A stretch of 64,000 bases of DNA, taken from positions 4,448,001-4,512,000 of the forward strand of contig CAWIPH010000002.1 of NCBI GenBank assembly GCA_963837955.1, read 5' to 3'. Of this stretch, positions 1 through 9,782 are shown one piece after another. How positions within the stretch are numbered: the stretch's first letter is position 1; the number at the start of each line of letters is the position of its first letter. This DNA comes from an uncultured Verrucomicrobiae bacterium. Its GTDB lineage: Bacteria > Verrucomicrobiota > Verrucomicrobiia > Chthoniobacterales > JAFAMB01. Under the pieces are notes generated by a model. That model was given only the letters and a program-made list of their open reading frames with translations. It did not search any database and was not told where the DNA came from. The translations under genes and the position numbers were made by a program.

Positions 1-59
1 CGCCGGGCGCAGATCGAGAAAGGTCTGAAGCCTCTTTGAGGTAGCACGGCCGAAGAGAC

Positions 60-471
60 GAAAGTCTCACGCAAAGACGCGTTGCACGGTAGGGCTGAGC
101 TTCCGACTTCGCGACGTTAGTCGGAAATCGTATCATCACCTGGTGGATGCTTCGTCGGACACGCCTGCTCGGCCGGAAAATCTCACGCAAAGTCGCAAAG
201 ACGCGAAGCCGGATTTGAAATTTTCACATGAGCTCGCAGAGACGGAGAAGACCTTCTTAACAGGAGCTCACAGAGACAACGGAGAGCCCGTTCAACTCGC
301 ATCGAAACTCTGTTTAGAGGTTTTTTCCGGCAATCGTTCCGCGTCCGGTATTCCGTTCCCGGCGTTACACATACCAATTCTAAATTCTGGATTCTAGATT
401 CTGCCTCTCAACCTTTGCGTCTTGGCGCCTTTGCGTGAGATAAGCCCTGCCGAGCGCGTCTTTGCGTGAGA
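60..471. repeat. Mosaic intergenic repeat module (octamer arrays CTCACGCAAAGACGC.../...CTTTGCGTGAG, GTAG-hairpin, nonamer and heptamer arrays)
   Basis: ctcacgcaaag at ~66 and ~182, inverse ctttgcgtgag at ~430-470, aacaggagctcacagagacaacggag, taaattc/tggattc heptamers; the same motifs recur throughout the window. Confidence 0.85.
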
Positions 472-472
472 T

Positions 473-775
473 TTGCTCCCTTCCCAATCCGCGCTCATTG
501 ATAGACTGTGTCGCGTGAACGAGAGATTTTTCGAAATTACATCTAGAGAAGATAAGATCGCGTACGTCCCCTTGAGTCAATTAGTCAGGATTGAATCGAG
601 TCCGCGAGGAGGAATATTTCTGAACTTTTCGGAAAACTTCCAGGTGAACATCGAAATAGCCGATGGCGCCGAATCGGCAGCTGTAAAAAGCTTGTATAAA
701 GAAATTGCCTCCGCCTCCACCGATCCCATCCGCTTGAATCCCGAAACCCTGAATATCACCCACATTCATTTTTAA
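473..775 (+). CDS. Hypothetical protein
   Basis: 100-aa ORF with protein-like composition, starting right after a repeat module; start uncertain. Confidence 0.45.
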   Translation: MLPSQSALIDRLCRVNERFFEITSREDKIAYVPLSQLVRIESSPRGGIFLNFSENFQVNIEIADGAESAAVKSLYKEIASASTDPIRLNPETLNITHIHF

Positions 776-941
776 TTCGCCGAGTAGCGAAGAGCACCAT
801 CTCTCACCCTCGGCGCGACGACCGGCCTCTTCGAGAAAACGCTTGAAGATTGCTTCGGATCTTCAGAGAAAGCGCAAGGCCGTGAGAGCAATTTGAAAGG
901 TTTGGGGCTGGCCCTCATTTATGCGTTGCTCAACAATCTGA

Positions 942-1394
942 ATGAAGCCCGAACACGTTCACCGCCTTCCCGACCTGACCTTGGCCCCGTTCCGCCTATG
1001 GGTTCTCGGACGAGAATTCCCTGATTCTTTCGATCACTGGGACGGCAATTGGCTCACAGTGATGGCTCGCTGTGATCTAGCAGGGGCAAAGGTAACAACC
1101 TGCGGTCCCTGGATTCATCTAAGTGAGTTGGAAGCCTGGCGATGCGAGCTGCAAGAAATGGATCGGACGACTTCCGGAACCGCTTACTTAAACTGCATAG
1201 AAGCAAACATTAAGATCGTTGTTGCCGCAAAAAAGCCAGGGCAACTCTCCGTTATTGTCGATATCACCCCAGACAACGCGACACAGAGTCATCGTTTTCA
1301 TCTCGAAATGGATCAAACTTTCCTGCACCCCGTAGCTTCGGAACTCACCGAGATCCTGAGAAAATATCCTCAAAGGGGTCGAGGCAATCAGTAG
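942..1394 (+). CDS. Conserved hypothetical protein (possibly immunity-protein-like)
   Basis: 150-aa ORF with an LWVLGREFP..D.WDGNWL segment typical of a widespread small uncharacterised family. Confidence 0.65.
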   Translation: MKPEHVHRLPDLTLAPFRLWVLGREFPDSFDHWDGNWLTVMARCDLAGAKVTTCGPWIHLSELEAWRCELQEMDRTTSGTAYLNCIEANIKIVVAAKKPGQLSVIVDITPDNATQSHRFHLEMDQTFLHPVASELTEILRKYPQRGRGNQ

Positions 1395-1663
1395 CGCGGG
1401 AAAGGATTTTTTGATCACTCGCAGACCCAGATGCCATCTCCTGACTTCTAACTTCTGTTTGCTGCTTTTCCGACGTGCGACCAATGTTGAAGGAGGTTTA
1501 GATTTGACCCCAGTTCTGACCAGCTTGCGTCGTCTCAGATTCTTTCCTTAATCTGAAACCTTTGCGTCTTGGCGTCTTTGCGTGAGATTTTTCCGTTCAC
1601 CAATCACCTCTCACTTCCTCTCTTTGCGTCTTGGCGTCTTGGCGTGAGATCTTCCTCACTCGC

Positions 1664-2434
1664 TCAGAAATATTGAATTGCCAGATGGACGAGCTCGAGA
1701 ACAATCACAGCTACCAGGATGCGAAACACCCAGGTGCGAGCTTTCTCGTGACTCGATAGCTTCGCACCAAAATAACCGCCCAACAGACTGCCGGCTGAGA
1801 GAAGAAGACCTTCGGTCCACCAAATGTTGCCAGCCCGAGCGAATAGAGCGATCGGCACCAACGTGGTCGTCACCAGCAAGAACACTTTCAACGCGTTCGC
1901 GTGCGGCAGATCGTACCCGAACAACAGAATAAGCACGAGTAAGAGATAGGTTGCGCCGTCGAGAACGATAAAACCGAGCCAGACGCCTACAAAAGATAAT
2001 ACAAATAGCCCAAGAGCAGTGATGCGCGGAGTTCGATTATAATCTTTGGCCAACGCTTCCTTGAGCTTGGTGAAGAGCAACAGTAGTGCGACCAGCACGG
2101 CGGCGGTGATGATCAGTCCGAGCTCCCGATTATGAAGCGTTTCGGCTAAGTAAACGCCCACAGCGCTACCTAGTGTTGCGGGGAGCACGATCTTCCAGGC
2201 TGCCGGCCAATCGATTTTCCCTTCGGCTTGAAAAGTCCGCAATGCCATCAATGAACCAAATAAGACAGGCAATCGATTGGTCGCGTTAGCGGCTAGTGCA
2301 GGCAAACCAAGAGTTAACAGCATCGGGAGCGAGATCGCCGATCCGGAGGAAGCGAGAGTGTTAATGAAGCCACAGGCAATGCCGGCAACGAGCAGTACCA
2401 TTACGTACGGAACGAGGGTGGCGACAGCTTCCAT
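1664..2434 (-). CDS. Sulfite exporter TauE/SafE family membrane protein
   Basis: GFINTLASSGSAISLP and ANATNR motifs, about 8 hydrophobic segments. Confidence 0.85.
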   Translation of the reverse strand: MEAVATLVPYVMVLLVAGIACGFINTLASSGSAISLPMLLTLGLPALAANATNRLPVLFGSLMALRTFQAEGKIDWPAAWKIVLPATLGSAVGVYLAETLHNRELGLIITAAVLVALLLLFTKLKEALAKDYNRTPRITALGLFVLSFVGVWLGFIVLDGATYLLLVLILLFGYDLPHANALKVFLLVTTTLVPIALFARAGNIWWTEGLLLSAGSLLGGYFGAKLSSHEKARTWVFRILVAVIVLELVHLAIQYF

Positions 2435-2545
2435 TGTTTGCAGTTGCTAAGGCCGAAATAACAAAGGCGGAGGGGGTAAACACTAGGCTACCAGGGACGA
2501 AGAAAAATCGTCAAGCTCTCCCGGAATACGACCAACCGGAAGGGG

Positions 2546-3132
2546 ATCTCACGCCAAGACGCAAAGACGCAAAGGATGGGACAGCAGAATCTAGAATTTG
2601 GAAGCTAGAATTTAGAATCGGTCGGCGTAGGCGAAGCGCATGACAAATCACAGATAACAAATCGTCCTCGTGCTCGTCGTCGTCCTCGAAAGGTTAAAGA
2701 CGGAGGAAAAACCTCACGCAAAGACGCCAAGACGCAAAGAGGGGAAGTGAAAGGTGATTGGTGATTAGTGAACGGAACACAAGCGCACGGGACGGTTGAG
2801 CTCCTAGATCCTAAATACTAAATCCTAGCTCCTTTTCTTGCTTCACAAAAGCTCACAGAGACCGAAGAAGACCTTTTTAACAGGAGCTCACAGAGACAAC
2901 GGAGAGATCGTTCAGCTCACGTCGAACCTCTGTTTCCTCCGTTTCCTCCTGTTTAACCGTTTTTCCGGCAATCTCCCATATTCCCGTTCCCGGCGTTCCC
3001 GGCGTTCCCGGCGTTTAATCAGCTATCTCATTCGCTTCTCCGTTTCCTTCTGTTCAAAACAATTCGAGATTCTAAATTCTGGATTCTGGATTCTGCCTCC
3101 CAACCTTTGCGTCTTAGCGTCTTTGCCTGAGA
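2546..3132. repeat. Mosaic repeat module bounded by inverted octamer arrays
   Basis: Opens with ctcacgccaagacgcaaag, closes with ctttgcgtcttagcgtctttgcctgag; internal ggcgaagcgcatgac, ctcgtg/ctcgtc hexamers, nonamers and heptamers. Confidence 0.85.
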
Positions 3133-3257
3133 TCATTCCTGAAAACGCTGTTCCCCGTTGCCGCATTCTGTTAGTTCTGGGTGAATCGCAACCAGTTTCC
3201 TAACCATAACCCAATACGACGATAAATAACCGAACCCCTGGAACGCTCCGAAACGAC

Positions 3258-3962
3258 GTGACGTTTGCCCGCCTCGTCCTGCTCGTATTTGCGCTGCTCA
3301 CATCCTGTGCCGCGTCGGAACACTCCACGTTTATCACCGTTACCACGCAGCCAGCCAATGTCGGTGATGCCGGGATCGCGGCGCGTGCCTATCACGATTC
3401 CGGCGCCTATGATCGCGACCTGGCGGTAGTTGCCAATAAGGCAGCGAGTTGGATAACCGAACGCGCCGCTAGCGCTCACCGGCCCGCGCTGGTACTCGAC
3501 ATTGACGAGACAGCGCTGTCGAACTGGGAGATCATCAAGCTGGATGACTTCGGCCGGCCAATCCAGGGGCCATGCAACCCTGGTTCTGGCGCACCCTGCG
3601 GTTGGGCTGCTTGGGATCAGCTTGCGCGCGATCCGCCGATCCAGCCCACGCTGCAGGTATTCCGCACGGCACGCGCTGCCAACGTCGCTGTGTTCTTCAT
3701 CACTGGGCGTCCGGAATCGCAGCGCGCCGCGACAGAGCGCAATTTGCGCAAGGCGGGTTTCGGAGACTACGCCAGACTCTTCATGGTGCCGAACGGCGCG
3801 CACTACGCCTCCGCCGCAGATTTTAAGACGCCGGTGCGCATCGAGATCGAAAAGCTGGGCTACACCATCATCGCTAATATGGGCGACCAGCCCTCCGATT
3901 TGCGCGGTGGTCACGCGGAGAAGAAATTTCTTCTACCCGATCCGTTCTACCGAGTGCCATGA
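3258..3962 (+). CDS. HAD-superfamily (class IIIB) acid phosphatase, probable lipoprotein
   Basis: DIDET motif I, FITGR motif II, GDQPSD motif IV, LLTSC lipobox-like N-terminus. Confidence 0.85.
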   Translation: MTFARLVLLVFALLTSCAASEHSTFITVTTQPANVGDAGIAARAYHDSGAYDRDLAVVANKAASWITERAASAHRPALVLDIDETALSNWEIIKLDDFGRPIQGPCNPGSGAPCGWAAWDQLARDPPIQPTLQVFRTARAANVAVFFITGRPESQRAATERNLRKAGFGDYARLFMVPNGAHYASAADFKTPVRIEIEKLGYTIIANMGDQPSDLRGGHAEKKFLLPDPFYRVP

Positions 3963-3970
3963 GGCAGTGG

Positions 3971-4738
3971 ATCTCACGCAAAGTTGGATTTTAAATTTTC
4001 ACGAAGGCTCGCAGAGACCGAGAAGAGCTTTTTTTTAACAGGAGCTCACAGAGACGACGGAGAAACCAGGTCTCACGCAAAGTCGGATTTTAAAATTCTC
4101 ACAATAGATCGCAGAAACGGAGAAGACTTTCTTAACAGGAGCTCACAGAGATAACGGAGAAACCATTCAACTCAGGTCGAAGCTAGAAGATTTCAAGTCG
4201 CGCCGCAAACGCCGGAAGTGAAACCGCTAATCGATGCAAATGATTTTCACGCTGACTTGTCCGACGAAGCCTCTTCCGACGTCCGAACCATGGCTGATAG
4301 TTGGCGAAGTTGGACTTGTCCGCCATAGCCCGTCCCCTCAAAGCCAATATTCTAAATATGTTTGGCGGCGGCGGAAAGCGTAAGAAAGCTCAGCCCATGT
4401 CCCATCCGGTTATTTCAACAGGTCCGTCGGGCCTTCATTTGCTATCTGCTATTTGCTATTTGTCATGCGCTTCGCCCGGGAGGCTTTGCGGAACCCTGGG
4501 TCAGGGTGAAGTGTAACGTAACCCTCGGGGTAGCAAAGTTAGCAAAGACGGTCAGTACTGACTACCGGTCAGAGCGCCTCCATCCGCAATCTGTCATTTG
4601 TCATCTGTCATGCGCTTCGCCTACGCCGACCGATTCTAAATTCTACTGTTCATCTTTGCGTCTTGGCGTCTTTGCGTGAGGTTATTTCCGGCCGAGCGGG
4701 AGCTCAGCCCTACCGGTCTTTGCGTCTTTGCGTGAGAT
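3971..4738. repeat. Mosaic repeat module
   Basis: Octamer arrays at both ends in inverted orientation; internal gacttgtccgacgaagcc family, ggctttgcggaaccctggg, gtcat/gctat heptamers, GTAG-hairpin on the minus strand at ~4690-4714. Confidence 0.85.
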
Positions 4739-4745
4739 CCATCTG

Positions 4746-5087
4746 TTATGCGCTTCGCACGCCACTCCAACGACGAAGTTCGATCTGTTCGTCGGCTGGC
4801 TTATAACGGTCGACGGACGACAAATCATCTACGACACAGATGTTTCGGATCTCTCCTTTGACTGTAGCAACAGCAATTAAAGCGCGATCAGACAGGATCT
4901 CGTCTACGTACGCTCCAACCGCATCGGCCGTATCTAGCCCAGACAATGCCCCCAGGACGTTGCCGTCCGTATGCGAATCAACGCCGGCAAATCCAATTAT
5001 GATATCGCCACCGTCATCATGCTCAACCAGTAACCGGAGGCGTCCGTCCGGACTTACATGTTCTTCATCGACGTACAGCATTTTCAT
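4746..5087 (-). CDS. Hypothetical protein
   Basis: 113-aa ORF; ends VRSA* within the repeat motif atgcgcttcgc. Confidence 0.6.
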   Translation of the reverse strand: MKMLYVDEEHVSPDGRLRLLVEHDDGGDIIIGFAGVDSHTDGNVLGALSGLDTADAVGAYVDEILSDRALIAVATVKGEIRNICVVDDLSSVDRYKPADEQIELRRWSGVRSA

Positions 5088-5349
5088 AAACTATTAACAC
5101 CGGCGCCACCCGTTGGAGGTCCCCTTTTCCAGTTTTATCTTTTTCTCAAAGACCACGAAGGCCCTTTTTCAACAGAAGCTAACAGAGAGAACGTTCAGTT
5201 TGTCTCGAATCTCTGTCTTCTCCGTTTCCTCCTGTTCAAAACAATTCGAGATTCCAAATTCTAATTTCCAACTTCTAAATTCTGCCTCCCAACCTCCGCG
5301 TCTTTGCGTGAGATTCATTTGTCATTTGTCATCTGTCATTTCTCCGAGC

Positions 5350-5664
5350 CTACCGGTGCCCACCGCCGCCGTGGCCACCGCCACCACCGTGGAATCCACC
5401 GCCTCCATGGAATCCGCCGAAGGCATGGCTAGCTGCAAAATGACTTGCGCCGAACGAATGCCCGAAGAAATGGTGTCCCCCATAATGGTTGTGATAGGAA
5501 ACTCCTCCGACCACAAAATCGCCGCCGTAGAACGGCCCGTCTGGATAGTACGGACCGAAGCCACCAATGTAAGGGCCATCATAAGGACCGGAAACAAAGG
5601 CATCACCAGCGCATCCGCCGAGCAGAAGAATTGCGCCAGCGGCAACTAAGAGTTTGATTTTCAT
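5350..5664 (-). CDS. Small Gly/His/aromatic-rich lipoprotein
   Basis: MKIK + hydrophobic stretch + LGGC lipobox; GGFHGG repeats at the C-terminus. Confidence 0.7.
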   Translation of the reverse strand: MKIKLLVAAGAILLLGGCAGDAFVSGPYDGPYIGGFGPYYPDGPFYGGDFVVGGVSYHNHYGGHHFFGHSFGASHFAASHAFGGFHGGGGFHGGGGGHGGGGHR

Positions 5665-5683
5665 GACGTGTTTACCTTTCGAG

Positions 5684-6214
5684 TTATTTCCCGATCTTGA
5701 AATCGGCCGCTCGATCGAATTCCTGTTTCTCCTGAGCCGATAGCTCGTTGTACTGAACCCGAACGGTATAACCGCCTACCAGTTTGCCGTGATCGATGTA
5801 GAGCCAGTCGGAAATTTCGTTCGGATTAACCGAAACGAGTTGACCCAGCTTCAGTTTTCGGATCTTGCGAGGTTGGTTATCTACCCGGCCCTGGAACCGG
5901 TTGCCGACGAACTGCAGATCCGACAGCCAGATATGTTCTACCTGACCGTTTTCAATAAACGGTTTTTTGATCTCGAAATCCTGCTGACCCGGTGCGGGAT
6001 GCTTCAGCGCAGTAATAAATCTTCCAACTGTTTTCCGTGCCTCGGTAACAGCACGATGCATCGCGGCGTGATCTTTCGGCGCCTCAAAGTATGGAGGTTC
6101 AGCACTGCTCTTCTCGAGCCCTTGTGCCTTGTCAGCCGCTTGAGCGCTGAAACCCGAAAGCACCAATGCGCCAATAGCTATAAGGAAATAGATTGGCCTG
6201 CGATTATCTTCCAT
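5684..6214 (-). CDS. YegJ/DUF2314-like exported protein
   Basis: EHIWL, NQP, ISDW.Y and GGYT motifs; signal-peptide-like N-terminus from the ATG at 6214. Confidence 0.75.
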   Translation of the reverse strand: MEDNRRPIYFLIAIGALVLSGFSAQAADKAQGLEKSSAEPPYFEAPKDHAAMHRAVTEARKTVGRFITALKHPAPGQQDFEIKKPFIENGQVEHIWLSDLQFVGNRFQGRVDNQPRKIRKLKLGQLVSVNPNEISDWLYIDHGKLVGGYTVRVQYNELSAQEKQEFDRAADFKIGK

Positions 6215-6303
6215 TTGATAACCTGCCGTTCGTCTAAATCGACGGCAATCAGTCAAGAGAGTAGAAACTATTAATGCGAAAGTGTGATTTCCGATGGTGA
6301 TGC

Positions 6304-6683
6304 CTCACGCAAAGCCGCGAAGGTGAATGTGAAAGGTGAGACGTGGTTGGTAATTGGTAGAAGAGAAGAAAGTCTCACGCAAAGACGGATTTCAAATTTT
6401 CACAAAAGCTCGCAAAGACCGAAGAAGACCTTTTTAACGGAGCTCACAGAGACAACGGAGAAACCGGGTCTCACGCAAAGACGCGAAGACGCAAGGGTAT
6501 GAAGGTTAAGAGGCTGGCTTTTTCTTTGTTCGGAATGTTTTCGTGATCTCTGTGTTCCTTTGTGAAACCCTTCCTCCTTTGCTTCCTTCTGTTCAAAATC
6601 AGTCTTAGCGTCTTTGCGTCTTTGCGTGAGATTCATTTGTCATTTGTCATTTGTCATCTGTCATTTGTCATGCGCTTCGCCCC
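6304..6683. repeat. Mosaic repeat module
   Basis: Octamer arrays, nonamer arrays, gtcattt/gtcatct heptamer run ending in atgcgcttcgcc; interior nearly identical to 9108-9297. Confidence 0.85.
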
Positions 6684-6743
6684 CCCCATTTTCTAGATTT
6701 TCTAGATTGACCGTTAATCGCGTTCCTGCTCCTATCGTCCGCG

Positions 6744-6977
6744 ATGAAACGAATTTTGTTACCGTTAGTGCTCGGCTTCGTCGTCTCGGTCAGTTTTATC
6801 GGCTCGGCGAACGCTGGGCAGCCCAACATGGAAGCAGCGCTGAGCGACCTCCGTGCCGCTCGCGCAAGTCTTGAGAAGTCAGAGGCAAATAAAGCGGGCC
6901 ATCGAAATAGAGCCATCCAGCTAGTCGACCAGGCGATCGCTGAAGTGAGGGCAGGCTTGGCAGCAGGCAGCCGCTAG
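6744..6977 (+). CDS. Small secreted helical protein
   Basis: Signal peptide ending ANA, QPNMEAAL...KAGHR..AI motif of a common small exported family. Confidence 0.75.
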   Translation: MKRILLPLVLGFVVSVSFIGSANAGQPNMEAALSDLRAARASLEKSEANKAGHRNRAIQLVDQAIAEVRAGLAAGSR

Positions 6978-7258
6978 CTTGGTTTATCTTGCTAGATTAA
7001 ACGTTTTCCTTGGCGATAGCCTTGCCGCGGTGTGAGACGGCGGCCCACACCAGGAACACAATTTCCCTGACTACCCTGAACCGCGAATGGGCGCGAATTA
7101 AGAGTCCTTTATTCGTGTGTATCCGCAGCCTATTCGCGGTTAAGAAACAGAAAATCTCCGACTCCATTCGCGGTTTCTTTTGCTCAGCTGGCGAAGGCTT
7201 GACGCCGAGCATAACGATCCCGCGCGGGCCCTGGGGGGCCATTAGACACGCGGACAAA

Positions 7259-8440
7259 TCAGAAATCCCACGCCGTCAACCGGCGAACCTTATCACCCGG
7301 CTCAAACTCCTTCAGGCCGGTAGGAGCTCCGGCCAATGCTGACTCCAAATCCTCGAGCACAACTCGGAGCGGAGCTTTCACCGACTGCTCACAGAAACGG
7401 GTCGTAGAAGCATCAAAGGATCCGGTCTCGAAGAGCTTATTCGCAGGGGCGCCACCACCGCAGACTTCGAAGTAATCGCAAGTCTCTTGGCAGCGCTTCA
7501 CGCCCGCAAAAACGTCGGTAGATAAGCGTTTGAATTTTGCTGAATCAAGAGCCCCGCGCGGAGAATCGGTTTTGATGTTCCCGATTTCCAGAGGTCCATA
7601 CGCTTCCGACTTCATACCGAGTAACTCAGGCGAGAACGTCGTAAAATCGCCTTCCACCGAGACGGTAAATATTCGATAAGGGTAGACCTGCGTATTGAAA
7701 TCGCTGGCTCCGCCCGCCGCAATTGAACCGCAGGCGTTCTCGAATTCGCGGATCGGAGGATCAAATGAATCTGCCTTTCCGAGATAATAAAGCTCCCGAA
7801 AGAACTGTTCAACGCGATCTGTCCGATCGGTCAAGCTACTGCTCTGATGGACTCCTTCTTGCTCTTCGACATTGAACGCCAGCAGTACCGGCTTGAGCGA
7901 AACGAGGAATTCATAGATTTCCTTGGCATGATCGAGTGAATTTTCGCCGATCACCGAAATCGTGTGAAATTCAATTTCGTTTTCTTGCAGGGCCCTAATT
8001 CCCCGCAACGTCTTATCCAGCGTACCACGACCGCTCCACGATTTCCGAGAGCGATCATGGATATAATCGGGACCATCGATACTGACGCCCACGGCGATCC
8101 GGTGTTCCTTGATAAAATCGCACCACGCCTTGTCGATCAGTGTCGCATTGGTTTGGAAGTGGTGCACGACGTCGCAGGAATCGCCTAGTACCTCCTTAAC
8201 GGCTGCAAAATATTCCGCATAGAGCTCCCTCCGGGCAACCGTCGGTTCGCCGGCATGCCAGACGATACTCAACTCCGGATCGAACAGCCCCTCATCCTTC
8301 AGCTTTTGGACTGTGGTCCTTACGATATCCACGCTCATGGTCCGCTTGTCTTGGCGGTCCGGCAGATAGCAGTAAGTACAGTTAAGATTACAAAAGGGAG
8401 TGGGCTGAAAAATTAATAACTGAACCGGCGACACCTCCAT
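7259..8440 (-). CDS. grrM: Radical SAM/SPASM peptide maturase, GrrM/OscB-type (cyclophane-forming)
   Basis: QPTPFCNLNCTYCYL CxxxCxxC motif, WHAGEP, FSPEL, and SPASM cysteines C..TC.YF.VCGGGAP.NK...C; lies directly downstream of a Gly/Trp-rich precursor. Confidence 0.88.
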   Translation of the reverse strand: MEVSPVQLLIFQPTPFCNLNCTYCYLPDRQDKRTMSVDIVRTTVQKLKDEGLFDPELSIVWHAGEPTVARRELYAEYFAAVKEVLGDSCDVVHHFQTNATLIDKAWCDFIKEHRIAVGVSIDGPDYIHDRSRKSWSGRGTLDKTLRGIRALQENEIEFHTISVIGENSLDHAKEIYEFLVSLKPVLLAFNVEEQEGVHQSSSLTDRTDRVEQFFRELYYLGKADSFDPPIREFENACGSIAAGGASDFNTQVYPYRIFTVSVEGDFTTFSPELLGMKSEAYGPLEIGNIKTDSPRGALDSAKFKRLSTDVFAGVKRCQETCDYFEVCGGGAPANKLFETGSFDASTTRFCEQSVKAPLRVVLEDLESALAGAPTGLKEFEPGDKVRRLTAWDF

Positions 8441-8452
8441 ACGTAGGGGTGT

Positions 8453-8836
8453 TTACAGATTACCCCACTTGTGCCAGCCGATCTTTCCCCATCCGCCATT
8501 ACCCCAACCACCGTTGCCCCATCCGTTCCTGGGATGAAAGCCGCCGTTGCCCCAACCACCGTTCCCCCATGCAGGGCCGATTTTGCCCCAGCCGCCTTTG
8601 CCCCACTTGTGCCAATTCCACCAATTGACCCTCACTCCATCTACTTCTTTCGTTGCACCGAGCTGGTCGGTTGCAGCCTGGGATAACATTTGCCTGACTT
8701 TAGCCACTCGCGCTCGGATGCTTCCGCTATCGCCGTTCGCTGTAACGGCGGGATTGGCTTTAGCATCCTTTGGCAGAAGGCCGACGCACGCTGCAATTTG
8801 CAAAGCAACCGCGATAATTGAATTCGATTTTTTCAT
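8453..8836 (-). CDS. grrA: GrrA/OscA-like Gly-rich RiPP precursor with signal-peptide-like leader
   Basis: ATG at 8836 gives 127 aa: MKK + hydrophobic segment + AKA, a spacer, then a core with repeated WGNGG/WGK/WHK; 12 nt separate it from the rSAM start. Confidence 0.85.
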   Translation of the reverse strand: MKKSNSIIAVALQIAACVGLLPKDAKANPAVTANGDSGSIRARVAKVRQMLSQAATDQLGATKEVDGVRVNWWNWHKWGKGGWGKIGPAWGNGGWGNGGFHPRNGWGNGGWGNGGWGKIGWHKWGNL

Positions 8837-9037
8837 GTACCCTACTTCGGGAGATAGCTGAGAAACTATTTCCTCGGGGCGCAAGACTAGGGAAATCATC
8901 GATCTCTGCCAAGCCGAATCGCAACAATTCCGAAATTCATTGTTATCACGAAATCTATTGACACTCAATAACGTGACCCGAACAAAACAGACGCAGCTTC
9001 AGCTACAGCGTTTCCCGGACCACGAAGCACACTAAAA

Positions 9038-9460
9038 CCTCACGCCAAGTCGCAAAATGTGAATGTGCGAGATGAGAAGTGAAAGGTGATTGGTGTACGG
9101 CTTAAAATCTCACGCAAAGACGCGAAGACGCAAAGGTTTGAAATTTGAGAGGCTGGCTTTCTCTTTGTTCGGAATGTTTTCGTGATCTCTCTGTTCCTTT
9201 GTGAAAAACCCTTCCTCCTTTGCTACCTTCTGTTACCTTCTGTTCAAAATCTGTCTTAGCGTCTTTGCGAGAGATTCATTTGTCATGCGCTTCGCCCGTC
9301 CCTGTCCTGACTTCTAAATTCTAGATTCTGTATTCCAGCTTTGCGTGAGGTTCTAACGAGCTGCTCACCGCATCGATCTTCCCGTCTCTCAACCTTCATA
9401 CTTTTGCGTCTTTGCGTCTTTGCGTGAGATTTTTCCGGCCGCGTCTTTGCGTGAGATGGT
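9038..9460. repeat. Mosaic repeat module
   Basis: Forward octamer arrays at ~9038 and ~9108, inverse arrays to ~9456; overlaps the 3' end of the GYD gene. Confidence 0.85.
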
Positions 9461-9782
9461 TTCCGCTGCCTGGAGGCCGGAACTTAACCGTTTTCTTTGC
9501 CGCCAGGTCAATCTCTTCGGGCGTGAGCAACACGATCGTCTTCCCCCGTATCGTGCCCGTTGCGCTGACAGTCAACGAGACCGCAGCGGTAGTTACATGG
9601 TCAGGTTGCTCCGTGATGATATAGGCATCGTTTTCACCGAACGCGAAATAGAAAGCCTCAAGGCGTCCGCCCAGACTTTTCATCAACTTCTCGACAGCAG
9701 CGCGCCGCGCTGAACCGCCCTCTTTGAGCAGGCCCTTTGCTCCCTCAGCGGTGTAGGAAACCACCGTCAGATACTTCGGCAT
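9396..9782 (-). CDS. GYD domain protein (C-terminus read through into repeat)
   Basis: MPKYL...SYT.EG..GL, GG.LE.FYFAFGE.D, LLTPEE.D.A, FRPPG; the last ~20 aa (LTQRR...KDAKV) are repeat-encoded. Confidence 0.85.
   Translation of the reverse strand: MPKYLTVVSYTAEGAKGLLKEGGSARRAAVEKLMKSLGGRLEAFYFAFGENDAYIITEQPDHVTTAAVSLTVSATGTIRGKTIVLLTPEEIDLAAKKTVKFRPPGSGNHLTQRRGRKNLTQRRKDAKV

Noticed and set aside
3171..3914. Long antisense or alternate-frame ORFs over real genes (e.g. 3171-3914, 17896-18438, 49933-50580)
   Set aside because: Shadow ORFs expected in GC-rich coding DNA; the opposite strand carries clear family motifs.
8837..8968. N-terminal extension of the RiPP precursor in the ORF track (171 aa)
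   Set aside because: The ATG at 8836 gives a canonical MKK-hydrophobic signal with a purine-rich upstream sequence; the extension looks non-coding.
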